NCBI GenBank assembly: GCA_035466595.1
Contig: DATIUV010000072.1
Span: forward strand, 5,816 to 69,815
DNA: 64,000 nucleotides
Reading direction: 5' to 3'
Source: Pelomicrobium sp.
GTDB taxonomy: Bacteria; Pseudomonadota; Gammaproteobacteria; Burkholderiales; UBA6910
The notes below the pieces were generated by a model. It worked only from the letters and a program-made list of their open reading frames with translations. It made no database searches and was not told the origin of the DNA. Positions 43,769 through 58,445 of the stretch are shown piece by piece; the first letter of the stretch is position 1; each line of letters opens with the position of its first letter. The translations under genes and the position numbers were made by a program.

Positions 43769-45208
43769 ATGTCGCAGCCCGCCGAGCAGCACTGGCAACA
43801 GGTTCAGTTCCGGGACCTGGTGGAAAATCACCCCTTCGAGGAAGTCTGCCTCGGCGACCGGGCTGTGCTTGCGCGCGTGCTCACGCGCGAGGACATCGAG
43901 ATCTTCGGCGTCATCTCCGGCGACATCACGCCGGCCCTCCTCGATGCCGAGCTGGCCAGGGGCCAGGTACCGCCCCAGTTCGTCGCGCACAGCATGTGGG
44001 GCTCCGCGCTCGTGTCGACCGTCGTGGCCACGCGCTTCCCGGGCCCCGGGACCGTGCAGCTGGACCAGACCCTGCACTTCGGCAACCCCGTGATGATCGG
44101 CGACGAGGTGACCGTGACCGTGCGCGTGATCGCCAAGCACCCGGCGGATCGCACGGTGGACCTCGATGTCGAGGCGAAGAACCAGGACGGCGTTCGCGTG
44201 ATTTCGGGCCGGGTCCGCGTCCGCGCGCCGGCCGAGAAGATCAAGCGCCCGCGCACGATCCTTCCCACCGTCCGGCTCACCGACGTTTACGCCCGCTATT
44301 ACCGGCACCTGATCAACATGACGCGCAATCTGGCGCCGATTCGTACGGCCGTCGTCCACCCGGTTGACGGCGTGTCCCTGATGGGCGCGATCCGCGCCGC
44401 GGAGCAGGGTCTGATCGCGCCGGTGCTGATCGGCCCGGAAGCGCGCATCCGTGCCGCCGCCGAGGCGGAGGGCGCCGACCTTGGCCGCTGCACGCTGATC
44501 CACACCGAGCACAGCCATGCGGCCGCCGAGCGGGCCGTGGCCATGGCGCGCACCGGCGAAGTCGACGCCGTGATGAAGGGCAGCCTGCACACGGACGAGC
44601 TGATGTCAGCGGCGGTGGACAAGGAGCGCGGCATTCGAACCGCACGGCGCATGAGCCACGTCTTCATCATGGACGTCCCGACCTACCCGCGCCCGCTGTT
44701 CATCACGGACGCGGCGATCGCGATTGAGCCCACGCTCGACGACAAGGTGGACATCGTGCAGAACGCCATCGACCTCGCCCACGCGCTCGGCATCGAGCAG
44801 CCCAAGGTGGCGATTCTTTCGGCGGTCGAAACCGTCACGACCAAGATGCGCTCGACCGTGGAGGCCGCGGCGCTGTGCAAGATGGCCGACCGCGGTCAGA
44901 TCCGGGGAGCGATCCTGGACGGCCCGCTCGCGTTCGACAACGTCGTCTCGGAAGTGGCGGCGCGCACCAAGGGCATTGTCTCGCCGGTCTCGGGCAAGGC
45001 CGATATCCTGCTGGTGCCGGACATCGAGTCCGGCAACATGCTGGCGAAGCAGCTGGAGTATCTCGCCGACGCGCAGTCGGCCGGGATCGTGCTGGGAGCG
45101 CGGGTGCCGATCATCCTCACCAGCCGCGCCGACAAGGAACTCGCGCGCATGGCCTCGTGCGCGGTGGCGCTGCTGCTGGTGCGGCGCCGGCAGGAACCGG
45201 CGAAGTAG
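43769..45208 (+). CDS. Bifunctional MaoC-like dehydratase / phosphate acyltransferase (Pta/Ptb family)
   Basis: Internal ATG at 43769. The N-terminal hot-dog fold (about 150 aa) is followed by a phosphate acetyl/butyryl transferase domain (DAVMKGSLHT...ILLVPDIESGN). Confidence 0.8.
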   Translation: MSQPAEQHWQQVQFRDLVENHPFEEVCLGDRAVLARVLTREDIEIFGVISGDITPALLDAELARGQVPPQFVAHSMWGSALVSTVVATRFPGPGTVQLDQTLHFGNPVMIGDEVTVTVRVIAKHPADRTVDLDVEAKNQDGVRVISGRVRVRAPAEKIKRPRTILPTVRLTDVYARYYRHLINMTRNLAPIRTAVVHPVDGVSLMGAIRAAEQGLIAPVLIGPEARIRAAAEAEGADLGRCTLIHTEHSHAAAERAVAMARTGEVDAVMKGSLHTDELMSAAVDKERGIRTARRMSHVFIMDVPTYPRPLFITDAAIAIEPTLDDKVDIVQNAIDLAHALGIEQPKVAILSAVETVTTKMRSTVEAAALCKMADRGQIRGAILDGPLAFDNVVSEVAARTKGIVSPVSGKADILLVPDIESGNMLAKQLEYLADAQSAGIVLGARVPIILTSRADKELARMASCAVALLLVRRRQEPAK

Positions 45209-45232
45209 GCCGGAGGCGGCGAGCCCTCCGGC

Positions 45233-45697
45233 TCAGAAAGGAATATCGTCCTCGAAGTCGTCGAAGCTGGAGCCGGCCTTGGCGCTCTGGCGCTTCTCGC
45301 CCGCAGCGGGCGGCGGCGCCGATGCCGAGCTGTCCTTGTCCATCGCCTCGAACCCGCCGCCACCGCCGCGGCCGCCCAGCATCTGCATGCGATCGCCGCG
45401 GATTTCGGTGGTGTAGCGGTCCTTGCCTTCCTTGTCGGTCCACTTGCGCGTCTGCAGGCGGCCCTCGACGTAGACCGAGCTGCCCTTGCGCAGGTATTCG
45501 CCGCAGATCTCGGCCTGGCGGCCGAAAAAGGCGACGCTGTGCCACTCGGTCTGCTCCTGCATCTCGCCGCTCTTGTCCTTCCACTTCTCGGTCGTGGCCA
45601 CGCGCAGGTTCGCCACCGCATCGCCGCTGGGGAGGTACCGTACCTCGGGGTCGCGCCCCAGGTTGCCGATCAGGATCACTTTGTTGACCGATGCCAT
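45233..45697 (-). CDS. ssb: Single-stranded DNA-binding protein
   Basis: Begins [18 protein letters not shown]..., with a Gly-rich linker and the acidic tail DDIPF. Confidence 0.95.
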   Translation of the reverse strand: MASVNKVILIGNLGRDPEVRYLPSGDAVANLRVATTEKWKDKSGEMQEQTEWHSVAFFGRQAEICGEYLRKGSSVYVEGRLQTRKWTDKEGKDRYTTEIRGDRMQMLGGRGGGGGFEAMDKDSSASAPPPAAGEKRQSAKAGSSFDDFEDDIPF

Positions 45698-47077
45698 CTA
45701 TGCCCTTCCCCCTAGTAGCTGCAGCACGCGCTGCTCGTCGAAACCGGCCGCGTCCGCCTTGATGTAGGCGACGCGCTCGCCGGCGATCACCATGGCTTCC
45801 CGCACGCCGGGCAGCCGGGAAAGCTGCTCGGCCAGACCGCGCGCCCGCTGCGCGTCCATTTCCGGGATCGGATACACGTGGGTTCGCACCGAGGGCGGCG
45901 GCCGCATGCCGGCGGCAAGGCCGAGCCAGGCCAGCAAAAGAATAACGCAGAAGGCAAACACCGCATAGGCGCCGTAGTGCTGGGCCAGCCAGCCGCCGGC
46001 AACGCCGCCGACGAAGGTGCCGAAAAACTGCACGCTGCTGTAGACGCCGATGGCCGTTCCCTTGGCGCGCACCGGCGCCATCTTGCTGATCAGCGACGGC
46101 AGCATCGCCTCCAGCAGGTTGAACCCGATGAAAAAGCCCAGCAGGCCGAGCACGAGCCAGGACAGCGCGGCCCCGGCCTGGAACAACGCCACCTCCCCGG
46201 CCGCCAGCACGACGATGGCCGCCAGGAACACCGGCTTCAGCTTTGCCCGCCGCTCGGCGTAGATGATCGCGGGAACGATGAACGCGATCGACGCCACCAT
46301 CACCGGCAGGTAGACCCACCAGTGGTGCGCGGTCTCGAGTCCGGCCTCGCGCAGCTGGAACGGCACCACCACCCACAGCGCCGTCAAAACGGCGTGCAGG
46401 ACAAACGCGCCAACGTCGAGCCGCAGCAGGTCCGGATCACGCACCACGGCGGCGATCATCGCGACGTTGGCGCCGGCATCGACGTGGAAAGCACTGCGCT
46501 CGGGATCCGGTACGACGAACGCCACCACGGCCATCGCCGCCAGCGCCAGGGCGCCGGTCAGTGCGAAGATGCCCGGCACGCCGATGAAGCGGTCGAGGAT
46601 CGGCGCAGCTACCAGTGACACCATGAACGCCACGCCGATGGTGATGCCGATGACCGCCATCGCCTGGGTGCGATGCTCATCGCGCGTGAGGTCCGCCAGC
46701 AGCGCGACGACCGCGGCCGAAATCGCGCCGGCGCCCTGCAGCACGCGGCCGACGATCACCCAGTAGATATTGTCGGCGGCTGCCGCGACGAAGCTGCCGA
46801 AGGCCAGCAGCGCCAGGCCGGCGTAGATCACCGGCTTGCGGCCGACGCGATCGGACAGCCAGCCGAACGGCAGCTGGAACAGCGCCTGGGTGAGGCCGTA
46901 GATGCCGATGGCGAGGCCGACCAGCGCCTGGTTGTCGCCCCCGGGCAGGCGCTCGGCGTAGAGCGCGAACACCGGCAGGATGATGAACATCCCCAGCAGG
47001 CGCAGCCCCGAGACGCCGGCAAGGCTGGCCGTGGCACGCCGCTCGAACGCGGTCAGCCTAGCGCGCGAAGGATGCAT
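45698..47077 (-). CDS. MFS transporter with an approximately 70-aa C-terminal soluble extension
   Basis: 459 aa with 12 TM segments and the MFS loop GWLSDRVGRKP. Its stop codon abuts the ssb start. Confidence 0.85.
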   Translation of the reverse strand: MHPSRARLTAFERRATASLAGVSGLRLLGMFIILPVFALYAERLPGGDNQALVGLAIGIYGLTQALFQLPFGWLSDRVGRKPVIYAGLALLAFGSFVAAAADNIYWVIVGRVLQGAGAISAAVVALLADLTRDEHRTQAMAVIGITIGVAFMVSLVAAPILDRFIGVPGIFALTGALALAAMAVVAFVVPDPERSAFHVDAGANVAMIAAVVRDPDLLRLDVGAFVLHAVLTALWVVVPFQLREAGLETAHHWWVYLPVMVASIAFIVPAIIYAERRAKLKPVFLAAIVVLAAGEVALFQAGAALSWLVLGLLGFFIGFNLLEAMLPSLISKMAPVRAKGTAIGVYSSVQFFGTFVGGVAGGWLAQHYGAYAVFAFCVILLLAWLGLAAGMRPPPSVRTHVYPIPEMDAQRARGLAEQLSRLPGVREAMVIAGERVAYIKADAAGFDEQRVLQLLGGRA

Positions 47078-47142
47078 GCCGCCTTGGGACTGGAAAGGAA
47101 AGTTGGGTATATTAGCAGGTTTGGTTTTAGGCCCGCCAAGCG

Positions 47143-49978
<2,836 letters not shown>

Positions 49979-50007
<29 letters not shown>

Positions 50008-51250
50008 CTTCCACGCCGCCGTCGCGGCGGCCGAGCCGCTCGCCATCGTGCCGCCGCATCTGCCGCGTCCACCGAAAGGCCGGACCGTCGTCGTCGGCGC
50101 CGGCAAAGCGGCGGCGTCGATGGCGAAGGCGGTCGAAGGCCACTGGCCCGAGCGCGCCGATCTTTCCGGGCTCGTGATCACCCGCTACGGGCACGGCCTG
50201 CCGACCCGCCGAGTCCGCGTGGTGGAGGCCGGCCATCCGGTGCCGGACGAGAGCGGCGAAGCGGCGGCGCGCGAGATCCTCACGCTCGTGAAATCGCTCG
50301 GGCCAGACGACCTGCTGCTGGCGCTGGTGAGCGGTGGCGGCTCGAGCCTGCTGAGCCTGCCGGCCGACGGCGTGACGATGGCCGACCTGAAGGGCGTCAC
50401 GCGCGAGCTGCTGCGCTGCGGCGCCTCGATCCAGGAGATCAACACGGTGCGCAAGCACCTGTCGGCGATTCAGGGCGGCCGCCTGGCAGCGGCGTGCCGG
50501 GCCCGCGTCCTCGCGCTGGTGATCTCGGACGTCACCGGCGATGATCCGACGCACATCGCCTCGGGGCCCTGCGCCCCCGACCCCACGACTTTCGCGGACG
50601 CGCTCGCGATCCTGCGCGACTACGACGTGCGCGAGCCGTCGGCGGTCATCGAGCGGCTCGAGCGCGGCGCCGCGGGCCGGATCGAGGAGACGCCCAAGCC
50701 CGGCGACGCCGTATTCCGCCGCGTGGAAAACCGTGTCATCGCCACTGCGCACCAGTCGCTGGTGGCCGGCGGCGAGGTGCTGCGCCGGGAGGGCGTTCCG
50801 GTCGCGATTCTCGGCGACAGCGTGGCGGGCGAGGCCCGCGACGTGGCCGCCGTGTACGCGGCGCTGGCGCGGGAGGTGAGCACCTACGGCCACCCCTGGC
50901 AACGGCCGGTAGCCCTGGTTTCCGGCGGCGAGACCACCGTCACGGTCCGCGGCGATGGCCGCGGCGGTCGCAATGCGGAGTTCCTGCTGGCGCTGACCGT
51001 GGAGCTTGATGGGATGCGCGGGGTGCACGCGCTGGCGGCCGATACCGACGGCATTGACGGCACCGAAGACAACGCGGGCGCAATCTGCGGCCCGGACACC
51101 CTGAAACGTGCGGCGCAGCTCGGCATTGATGCACGGACCATGCTGGCCAACAACGACGGCTACACGTTCTTCAAGGGACTCGGCGATCTCGTCCTGACGG
51201 GTCCCACCCGCACCAACGTCAACGACTACCGGGTGATTCTGATCCGCTGA
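49979..51250 (+). CDS. Glycerate 2-kinase / hydroxypyruvate reductase-like (DUF4147 + MOFRL domains)
   Basis: Internal ATG at 49979 ([11 protein letters not shown]...). Has VSGGGSSLL and the C-terminal MOFRL pattern [11 protein letters not shown]. It overlaps the uvrA 3' end by 29 nt. Confidence 0.8.
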
Positions 51251-51791
51251 ACTCCAGCGCGCGCTGGCCGCCGCCGTCGAGGTCATAGACGAGGCGACCG
51301 GCGTCCAGCCGCAATCGCGGATCGAGGCGGTGCTCTTCGGCGTGCCCGGGCTCGAGCAGGTGGGTCACCCGAGTCCCCGCGGCGACCAGTCCATCGGCGA
51401 TGAGCTTGCGGTGGCACTGCATGGGATCGCGCTCCGCGCAAAGCAGCGCGGGCCGCTCAACCTGCGCGGACTCGACCAGACGGAACAACGCGGCGCCGAA
51501 CGCAGCCGTTGCCATGTGATCGGCGAATCCGCGGAAACCAGGCTCCAGTGCTGTGTGCGGCGAGCCCGCCGCAGCCTGACGCATGCCACCCAAATCCCGG
51601 CCTTCCCAGCGATAGGCGATGCCGGCCTGCGCCAGCGCTTCCGCCAGACGATCCCGGTTGAACTGGGGATGCCGCCGCGATGCCGGATACGCACGCACGT
51701 CGACGAGCGACGTCACCGCTGCCGCCCGCAGCAAGTCGATCAGCTCCACGAGTGTGCGATTGCCGTGACCCGCGGTGAAGATCATGCCCAT
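51219..51791 (-). CDS. DUF488 domain protein
   Basis: Has IFTAGHGNRT...LVDVR...LLCAERDPMQCHR, typical of DUF488. Confidence 0.75.
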   Translation of the reverse strand: MGMIFTAGHGNRTLVELIDLLRAAAVTSLVDVRAYPASRRHPQFNRDRLAEALAQAGIAYRWEGRDLGGMRQAAAGSPHTALEPGFRGFADHMATAAFGAALFRLVESAQVERPALLCAERDPMQCHRKLIADGLVAAGTRVTHLLEPGHAEEHRLDPRLRLDAGRLVYDLDGGGQRALEFSGSESPGSR

Positions 51792-51795
51792 CAGA

Positions 51796-52527
51796 CTAGG
51801 TCAGGACACTCACGGCATCGCCGATGCCGAGCCCGAGGACATCGGCGGCGCTGCCGCCGTTGACGGCGATCTCGACCAAACCCAAGCTGCCGACGTACCA
51901 GAACGCGCTGCCGGCCGGCACATCGGAAAAGGTCCGGGCACGGGCCAGGTTTCGGCCGCCCGCCTGCAGCCGCGCGTCGTGCAAGCCGTCGCCGGCCCGC
52001 AGGCCGGTAATCGCGTTGCCGTAGTGGTCGACGTAGATCACCTCCGCCAGGTCGCCGTCGGAGAACTGGACCGAGAGTCGTTCCCGCGGCGCCAGCAGCG
52101 ACGCCGGGTCATCCCCCCGCGCAAGCCGGGCCGCCACGGGTGCAAACAGATCGCGGCCGTGAAAGGTCGGCGACAACAGCCCCGGTCGCCACGTGATGGT
52201 GTACGCCGCTGCCTGAGATGTTCGCGCCACGGCGACCGACAGCAATCCGTTGTCGGGACCCACGAGCCAGTGCGCACCGCACCTCACCGCGACGGCGTCC
52301 CGCGCCCCGCCGACTCCCGGATCGACGACTGCCAACACGACGCTGGGCGTTCTGAGCTGCGGCGTCAACGCCGCCAAAAGGTGCGCCCCCGCCCGTGCAT
52401 CGAAGCGGGGCGCGTCGTGAAGCAGATCAACGATCCCGATATCCGGCGCCTCGGCAGCGAGGACCGCATGCACCTGCCCGACGTAGAGGTCCGCGGAACC
52501 GAAATCGGTGAACAGAACGATCTGCAC
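51796..52527 (-). CDS. SAM hydrolase / SAM-dependent halogenase family protein (DUF62)
   Basis: The GTG at 52525-52527 gives VQIVLFTDFGSADLYVGQ...VVDPGVGG...GPDNGLL...TFHGRDLFAP. The rest of ORF 51796..54162 is antisense to rplQ and rpoA. Confidence 0.75.
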   Translation of the reverse strand: MQIVLFTDFGSADLYVGQVHAVLAAEAPDIGIVDLLHDAPRFDARAGAHLLAALTPQLRTPSVVLAVVDPGVGGARDAVAVRCGAHWLVGPDNGLLSVAVARTSQAAAYTITWRPGLLSPTFHGRDLFAPVAARLARGDDPASLLAPRERLSVQFSDGDLAEVIYVDHYGNAITGLRAGDGLHDARLQAGGRNLARARTFSDVPAGSAFWYVGSLGLVEIAVNGGSAADVLGLGIGDAVSVLT

Positions 52528-52544
52528 CGGCCGATTGTACGGCG

Positions 52545-52571
52545 AAAAAAAAGCCCGGCGTGCAGCCGGGC
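52545..52571 (-). terminator. Intrinsic terminator after rplQ
   Basis: Minus strand reads GCCCGGCtgcacGCCGGGCTTTTTTTT. Confidence 0.8.
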
Positions 52572-52595
52572 TCGGGTTTGCGTGGTGCGCCCTGC

Positions 52596-52988
52596 TTATT
52601 CGGCTGCGGCCGGCGCGGCGGCTTCTTCCTCGGGCCGGTCCATGAGCTCGATCAGCGCCATCGGCGCGTTGTCGCCCTTGCGGAAGCCGCACTTGAGGAT
52701 GCGCAGGTAGCCGCCGTTGCGGGCCTTGTAGCGGGGCCACAGTACGTCGAAAAGCTTGACCACGTTGTCGCGGTCGCGCAGGCGGTTGAACGCCAGCCGG
52801 CGGTTCGCCAGCGACGGCTTCTTGCCCAGCGTGATGATCGGCTCGGCGACGCGGCGCAGCTCCTTTGCCTTCGGCAGCGTGGTGGTGATCACCTCGTGGC
52901 GCAGGAGCGAGTTGGTCATGTTGCGCAGCATCGCCTGGCGATGGCTGCTGGTGCGGTTGAGCGTGCGATAACCCTGACGATGGCGCAT
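52596..52988 (-). CDS. rplQ: 50S ribosomal protein L17
   Basis: Begins [23 protein letters not shown]. Confidence 0.97.
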   Translation of the reverse strand: MRHRQGYRTLNRTSSHRQAMLRNMTNSLLRHEVITTTLPKAKELRRVAEPIITLGKKPSLANRRLAFNRLRDRDNVVKLFDVLWPRYKARNGGYLRILKCGFRKGDNAPMALIELMDRPEEEAAAPAAAE

Positions 52989-53003
52989 GGCGCTTCTCCC
53001 GAA

Positions 53004-53984
53004 TCAGGCCTGCTCGAGGTTGGCCGGCGGCCAGTTCTCGAGCTTCATGCCCAGCGTGAGCCCCCGCGAGGCGAGGACTTCCTTGATCTCGTTCAGCGAC
53101 TTGCGGCCCAGGTTGGGCGTCTTCAGCAGTTCGGTCTCGGTGCGCTGGATGAGGTCGCCGATGTAGTAGATGTTCTCGGCCTTGAGGCAGTTGGCAGAGC
53201 GCACCGTCAGCTCGAGGTCGTCCACCGGACGCAGCAGGATCGGGTCCACCTGCGGCGACTTCGGCTGCTCGATGGTCTGCGGCGTTCCCTTCAGGTCCGC
53301 GAACAGCGACAGCTGATCGACCAGGATGCGGGCGGCGTAACGGATCGCCTCCTCCGGTTCGATCACGCCGTTGGTCTCGATGTCCATGATCAGCTTGTCG
53401 AGGTCGGTGCGCTGCTCCACGCGGGCGCTCTCGACGGAATAGGCAACGCGGCGCACGGGGCTGAACGAGGCATCCAGCAGAATGCTGCCGATGCCGCGCG
53501 TGCTGCCCTCGGCCGGACGTCGCGCCGTGGCCGGCACGTAGCCGCGCCCCTGCTCGACCTTGATCTGCATCTCGAGCTTGCCGCCGGCGGTCAGATGCGC
53601 GATGACGTGCTCCGGATTGACCACCTCGACATCGTGGGTGCCCTCGATATCGCCCGCCGTGACGACGCCCTCGCCCTGCTTCTTGAGATTGAGCGTGACG
53701 TCGGGGCGATTGTGCAGCTTGAGAACCAGGCCCTTCAGGTTGAGCAGGATGTCGACCACGTCCTCCTGCACGCCCTCCAGCGTGGAGTACTCGTGCAGCA
53801 CGCCCGCGATATGCACCTCGGTGGGGGCGAAGCCGGGCATCGACGACAGCAGAACCCGCCGCAGCGCGTTGCCCAGCGTGTGACCGTAGCCGCGCTCGAA
53901 AGGCTCCATGGTGATGCGCGCGTGGGTCGGCGAGACGTGCTGGACGTCGACGATCCTCGGCTTGAGGAAAGCACTGGCTTGCAT
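53004..53984 (-). CDS. rpoA: DNA-directed RNA polymerase subunit alpha
   Basis: 326 aa with [11 protein letters not shown] and the C-terminal domain motif. Confidence 0.97.
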   Translation of the reverse strand: MQASAFLKPRIVDVQHVSPTHARITMEPFERGYGHTLGNALRRVLLSSMPGFAPTEVHIAGVLHEYSTLEGVQEDVVDILLNLKGLVLKLHNRPDVTLNLKKQGEGVVTAGDIEGTHDVEVVNPEHVIAHLTAGGKLEMQIKVEQGRGYVPATARRPAEGSTRGIGSILLDASFSPVRRVAYSVESARVEQRTDLDKLIMDIETNGVIEPEEAIRYAARILVDQLSLFADLKGTPQTIEQPKSPQVDPILLRPVDDLELTVRSANCLKAENIYYIGDLIQRTETELLKTPNLGRKSLNEIKEVLASRGLTLGMKLENWPPANLEQA

Positions 53985-54047
53985 ACTGGCGTACCTCTTG
54001 GACGTTGGAACGGCAAGCCCGCCGCAACTCGCAGCGGGCAGGCCCGA

Positions 54048-54674
54048 TTATTTCGAGTAAAGCTCGACGACCAGATTCTCGTTGATGGTCTGGGGCAGCT
54101 CGGCCCGCTGCGGCAGTGCCTTGAACGTGCCTTTCAGGCCCTTGGCGTCGACCTCGATCCACTCCGGGAAGCCGCGCCCTTCGGCGGACTCGGCAGCCGC
54201 CTTGACGCGTAGGTGCGCCTTCGCGCCCTCGGCGACCTCGACGACGTCGCCCGGCCGCAGCTGGTACGACGGAATGTTAACGCGACGGCCGTTCACCAGA
54301 ATGCCGTTGTGGCGCACCACCTGCCGCGCCTCCGCGCGCGAGGCGCCGAAGCCCATGCGGTAGACCACCGAGTCGAGCCGGCTTTCCAGCAGCTGCAGGA
54401 GGTTCTCGCCGGTGATCCCCTTGCGGCGGTCGGCCTCTACGTACAGCGAATGGAACTGCTTCTCCATCAGGCTGTAGGTGCGCTTGAGCTTCTGCTTCTC
54501 GCGCAGCTGAACCGCGTAGTCGGACAGGCGTCCGCCCTTCTGCCCATGCTGGCCCGGCGGATAGCTGCGCCGCTCGACCGGGCACTTGTCGGTGAAGCAC
54601 TTCTCGCCCTTGAGGAAGAGCTTCTCGCCTTCCCGCCGGCACAGGCGGCACTTGGCGTCCAGGTATCTAGCCAC
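54048..54674 (-). CDS. rpsD: 30S ribosomal protein S4
   Basis: Begins [23 protein letters not shown]. Confidence 0.97.
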   Translation of the reverse strand: MARYLDAKCRLCRREGEKLFLKGEKCFTDKCPVERRSYPPGQHGQKGGRLSDYAVQLREKQKLKRTYSLMEKQFHSLYVEADRRKGITGENLLQLLESRLDSVVYRMGFGASRAEARQVVRHNGILVNGRRVNIPSYQLRPGDVVEVAEGAKAHLRVKAAAESAEGRGFPEWIEVDAKGLKGTFKALPQRAELPQTINENLVVELYSK

Positions 54675-54689
54675 GCTGAATCTCCTCGA

Positions 54690-55079
54690 TCAGATGCGAC
54701 GCCGCTTCGGCGGCCGCACACCGTTGTGCGGAATCGGCGTCACGTCCGAGATGCTGGTGATCTTGAAGCCGACCGCGTGCAGCGCACGCACCGCCGACTC
54801 CCGCCCCGGTCCGGGGCCCTTGATCCGCACTTCCAGATTCTTCACCCCGCACTCCTGGGCGGCGCGGCCGGCGCGCTCGGCGGCCACCTGAGCCGCGAAC
54901 GGCGTGCTCTTGCGCGAGCCCTTGAAGCCGTTGCTGCCCGAGGTCGCCCACGAGAGCGCATTGCCCTGCCGGTCGGTAATGGTGACGATGGTGTTGTTGA
55001 ACGACGCGTGGACGTGGGCGATGCCCTCCGCCACGTTCTTCTTGACCTTCTTGCGCGCCCGGGTTTGGGTCTTTGCCAT
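54690..55079 (-). CDS. rpsK: 30S ribosomal protein S11
   Basis: Has [17 protein letters not shown]. Confidence 0.97.
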   Translation of the reverse strand: MAKTQTRARKKVKKNVAEGIAHVHASFNNTIVTITDRQGNALSWATSGSNGFKGSRKSTPFAAQVAAERAGRAAQECGVKNLEVRIKGPGPGRESAVRALHAVGFKITSISDVTPIPHNGVRPPKRRRI

Positions 55080-55094
55080 GCTGGATTCCTGCCT

Positions 55095-55463
55095 TTAGCC
55101 TTTCTTAGCGGCGCTGATCAGCTTGCGCGGGCCCTTGCGGGTGCGTGCGTTGGTCCGCGTGCGCTGACCCCGCATCGGCAGACCGCGACGATGCCGGACG
55201 CCGCGGTAGCAGCCGAGATCCATGAGCCGCTTGATGTTCATCGTCACTTCCCGGCGCAGATCGCCCTCCACCGTGAAGGAACCCACCGCCTCCCGCAGGC
55301 GATCCACTTCGCTATCCGACAAGTCCTTGATTTTACGGGACCCCTCCACACCGGCGGCGACGCAGATCGCGCGCGCCCGGCTGCGGCCGATGCCGTAAAT
55401 GGAAGTCAGCGCGATTTCCGCGTGCTGATGGTTCGGAATGTTGACGCCTGCAATGCGGGCCAT
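55095..55463 (-). CDS. rpsM: 30S ribosomal protein S13
   Basis: Begins [14 protein letters not shown]. Confidence 0.97.
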   Translation of the reverse strand: MARIAGVNIPNHQHAEIALTSIYGIGRSRARAICVAAGVEGSRKIKDLSDSEVDRLREAVGSFTVEGDLRREVTMNIKRLMDLGCYRGVRHRRGLPMRGQRTRTNARTRKGPRKLISAAKKG

Positions 55464-55536
55464 CCTGGGAACTCCGAAAAACGAAAACTTTAAATTATAT
55501 GCGGTTACGCCTTTTCGCGCAAAGGCGCGAAGGGCG

Positions 55537-55650
55537 TCAGCCCTGGCGCTGCTTGTGCCGGGGGTCGGTGCAGATCACCCGCACCACACGCTTGCGCCGC
55601 ACAATCTTGCAATTGCGGCACATCTTCTTCACCGACGCGTTCACTTTCAT
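55537..55650 (-). CDS. rpmJ: 50S ribosomal protein L36
   Basis: Not in the ORF track. Manual translation gives [37 protein letters not shown]. Confidence 0.93.
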   Translation of the reverse strand: MKVNASVKKMCRNCKIVRRKRVVRVICTDPRHKQRQG

Positions 55651-55674
55651 TGGTTCTCTCCTTTCGCCGCCGAC

Positions 55675-55893
55675 CTACTTCGCCCGGAACACGATGCGTC
55701 CGCGGGAAAGGTCGTAGGGCGTAAGCTCCACCGTCACCTTGTCGCCCGGCAGGATGCGGATGTAGTGCATCCGCATCTTTCCGGAAATGTGGCCAAGGAC
55801 CTCGTGGCCATTCTCGAGCTTGACGCGAAACGTCGCGTTCGGGAGGTTCTCGATCACCTCCCCCTGCATCTGGATCGTCTCTTCCTTGGCCAT
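55675..55893 (-). CDS. infA: Translation initiation factor IF-1
   Basis: 72-aa S1-like fold, reading [30 protein letters not shown]. Confidence 0.97.
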   Translation of the reverse strand: MAKEETIQMQGEVIENLPNATFRVKLENGHEVLGHISGKMRMHYIRILPGDKVTVELTPYDLSRGRIVFRAK

Positions 55894-55934
55894 GCCCTAC
55901 GAGGTTCCGTCTCGACCCCGCGCCCGCTCTCGCC

Positions 55935-57257
55935 TCAGCGGGCGGGCAGCCCACCCTTGAGGTTGGCCTTCTTGAGCAGGCTCTCGTACTGATGCGACAT
56001 GACGTAGGCCTGCACCTGCGCCATGAAGTCCATCGTCACGACGACGATGATCAGCAACGAGGTGCCGCCGAAATAAAACGGCACGTTCCACTTCAGGATC
56101 AGAAACTCGGGCAGCAGGCATACCAGCGTGACGTAGATCGCGCCGGCCAGCGTGAGCCGCATCATGATCCGCTCGACATAGCGCGCGGTCTGGTCGCCGG
56201 GCCGGATGCCGGGGACGAAGGCACCGCTCTTCTTCAGGTTCTCCGCCGTCTCCTTGGGATTGAACACCAGGGCGGTGTAGAAGAAGCAGAAGAAAATGAT
56301 CGCAGCCGCGTAAAGCATCACGTAGATCGGCTGGCCAGGCGACAGCGTGGCGGCGATGTCACGCAGCCAGGTCGTCGACTCCGAGGCGCCGAACCAGCCC
56401 GCCAGCGTGGCGGGGAACAAAATGATCGACGAGGCGAAGATCGGCGGAATAACGCCGGCCATGTTGAGCTTGAGCGGCAGGTACGAGCTGGTGCCGCCGT
56501 AGACCTTGCGCCCCACCTGGCGCTTCGGATAATTCACCAGGATCTTGCGCTGCCCGCGCTCGACGAACACCACCAGCGCGGTCACGGCCAGCGCACCCAC
56601 CAGCAGCACCAGCACCAGCGGGATCGAAAATGCCCCCGTGCGCGCCAGCTCCAGCGTGCCGCCAAGCGCCGCCGGCAGACCGGCGACGATGCCCGCGAAG
56701 ATGATCAGCGAGATGCCGTTGCCGATGCCACGCTCGGTAATCTGCTCGCCGAGCCACATCAGGAACATGGTGCCGGTGACGAGCGTAACGACGGTCGTCA
56801 CGCGAAACAGCAGCCCCGGCTCCGGCACCAGGCCAGGCTGGGCCTCGAGCGCGATCGAGATGCCAATGCTCTGGAACGTGCCCAGCAGCAGGGTTCCGTA
56901 GCGCGTGTACTGCGTGATCTTGCGCCGCCCGGCCTCGCCCTCCTTCTTCAGCGCCTCCAACTGCGGCACGACCACGGTCGCCAGCTGCATGATGATCGAC
57001 GCCGAGATGTACGGCATGATGCCGATGGCGAAAATCGAGAAGCGCGAGAGCGCGCCCCCGGAGAACATGTTGAACAGGCCGAGGATGCCGCTCTGCTGCG
57101 AGCGAAACAGCTCGGCCAGAACCACCGGATCGATACCGGGAACCGGAATATGGGCGCCGATGCGGTAGACCACCAGCGCGCCGATCAGGAACCACAAGCG
57201 GCGCTTGAGGTCCCCGAATTTCCCGGACATGCCGAGCAGCGATTCCTTGGTGGCCAT
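55935..57257 (-). CDS. secY: Preprotein translocase subunit SecY
   Basis: 440-aa protein with 10 TM segments at the conserved position in the spc operon. Confidence 0.97.
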   Translation of the reverse strand: MATKESLLGMSGKFGDLKRRLWFLIGALVVYRIGAHIPVPGIDPVVLAELFRSQQSGILGLFNMFSGGALSRFSIFAIGIMPYISASIIMQLATVVVPQLEALKKEGEAGRRKITQYTRYGTLLLGTFQSIGISIALEAQPGLVPEPGLLFRVTTVVTLVTGTMFLMWLGEQITERGIGNGISLIIFAGIVAGLPAALGGTLELARTGAFSIPLVLVLLVGALAVTALVVFVERGQRKILVNYPKRQVGRKVYGGTSSYLPLKLNMAGVIPPIFASSIILFPATLAGWFGASESTTWLRDIAATLSPGQPIYVMLYAAAIIFFCFFYTALVFNPKETAENLKKSGAFVPGIRPGDQTARYVERIMMRLTLAGAIYVTLVCLLPEFLILKWNVPFYFGGTSLLIIVVVTMDFMAQVQAYVMSHQYESLLKKANLKGGLPAR

Positions 57258-57270
57258 GGAAATTCCGCTA

Positions 57271-57702
57271 TCAGGCGACGCTGCCGCCCGCCGCCTCGAT
57301 GGCCGCGCGCGCGCCCTTGGTCACCTTGAGCCCCTGGACCGTTACCTTGCGGGTAAGCTTCCCAGAGAGGATGACCTTCGCCGACGAAACGAGTTTCGGC
57401 ACGGCGCCCCGCTCCTTCAGCACCGCGAGATCGATCGTGTCGACGTCCAGCTTCTCGAGCGTCGACAGGCGCACCTCGGCGGTGTCGTCCCGGCTGGGCG
57501 AAGTAAATCCACGCTTGGGCAGCCGCCGCTGCAGCGGCATTTGGCCGCCCTCGAAGCCAACCTTGTGGAAGCCGCCAGCACGGGCCTTCTGGCCCTTGTG
57601 CCCGCGACCCGCGGTCTTGCCCAGCCCGCTGCCGATGCCGCGGCCGACGCGCTTGCGCGGGCGTTTGGACCCCGGCGCCGGTTTAATGTCGTTGAGCTGC
57701 AT
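57271..57702 (-). CDS. rplO: 50S ribosomal protein L15
   Basis: Has [19 protein letters not shown]. Confidence 0.97.
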   Translation of the reverse strand: MQLNDIKPAPGSKRPRKRVGRGIGSGLGKTAGRGHKGQKARAGGFHKVGFEGGQMPLQRRLPKRGFTSPSRDDTAEVRLSTLEKLDVDTIDLAVLKERGAVPKLVSSAKVILSGKLTRKVTVQGLKVTKGARAAIEAAGGSVA

Positions 57703-57894
57703 CTAGCCCTCGCACTTCAACAGATAGCTGACTTTTCTGATCATTCCGCGAACCGCCGGCGTGTCCTCCACCTCCACGGAATGGTTGATGCGCTTAAGTC
57801 CGAGCCCGCGGATGCACAGTCGGTGCTCGGGCTTTGTCCCGATCAACCCGCGGATCTGAGTAACCCGGATGGTCTTGCCGCCCTTGCTGCTCAT
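57703..57894 (-). CDS. rpmD: 50S ribosomal protein L30
   Basis: Internal ATG at 57892-57894 gives [19 protein letters not shown]...[12 protein letters not shown]. There is a 4-nt overlap with the rpsE stop. Confidence 0.93.
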   Translation of the reverse strand: MSSKGGKTIRVTQIRGLIGTKPEHRLCIRGLGLKRINHSVEVEDTPAVRGMIRKVSYLLKCEG

Positions 57895-58406
57895 CGCCCC
57901 TGCTCCAGGATCTGCTCCACCGTCTTGCCGCGCTTCGCGGCGATCTCGGACGGCGCGCTGGTCGCCAGCAGGCCGTTGATGGTGGCCCTGACGACGTTGT
58001 AGGGGTTGGCCGAGCCGATGCATTTGGCCAGCACGTTCGTTACGCCCATGACCTCGAAAACGGCGCGCATCGGGCCGCCGGCAATGATGCCGGTGCCTTC
58101 GGACGCCGGCTGCATCAGCACCTTGGCGGCGCCGTGCTCGCCGACCACCGGGTGATGGAGCGTTCCTTCCTTGAGCCGGACCTTCACCATGCGCCGGCGC
58201 GCCTGCTCCATCGCCTTCTGCACCGCCACCGGCACCTCGCGGGCCTTGCCCTGACCCATGCCGATGCCGCCGTCGCCGTCACCCACCACGGTGAGCGCCG
58301 CGAATCCCAGCACGCGGCCGCCCTTCACCACCTTGGTGACGCGGTTGATCGCGACCATCTTCTCGCGCAGGTTGTCCTGCCGCTCTTCCACCTGAGTTTT
58401 TGCCAT
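57891..58406 (-). CDS. rpsE: 30S ribosomal protein S5
   Basis: Has [25 protein letters not shown]. Confidence 0.97.
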   Translation of the reverse strand: MAKTQVEERQDNLREKMVAINRVTKVVKGGRVLGFAALTVVGDGDGGIGMGQGKAREVPVAVQKAMEQARRRMVKVRLKEGTLHHPVVGEHGAAKVLMQPASEGTGIIAGGPMRAVFEVMGVTNVLAKCIGSANPYNVVRATINGLLATSAPSEIAAKRGKTVEQILEQGR

Positions 58407-58445
58407 CGCGTTTGACCTCGTTCGCCTGTATGTGCGGCGGTCCGC

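Noticed and set aside
47078-47142. Expected LexA/SOS box in the uvrA promoter region
   Set aside because: No CTGT-N8-ACAG-type palindrome is present in the 65-nt gap. Only a plausible -10 (TATATT) could be seen, so no site is reported.
52528-54162. N-terminal two-thirds of the 788-aa minus-strand ORF 51796..54162
   Set aside because: Only the last 243 codons (the DUF62 SAM hydrolase) look real. The upstream part is an alternative frame across rplQ and rpoA and crosses the rplQ terminator.
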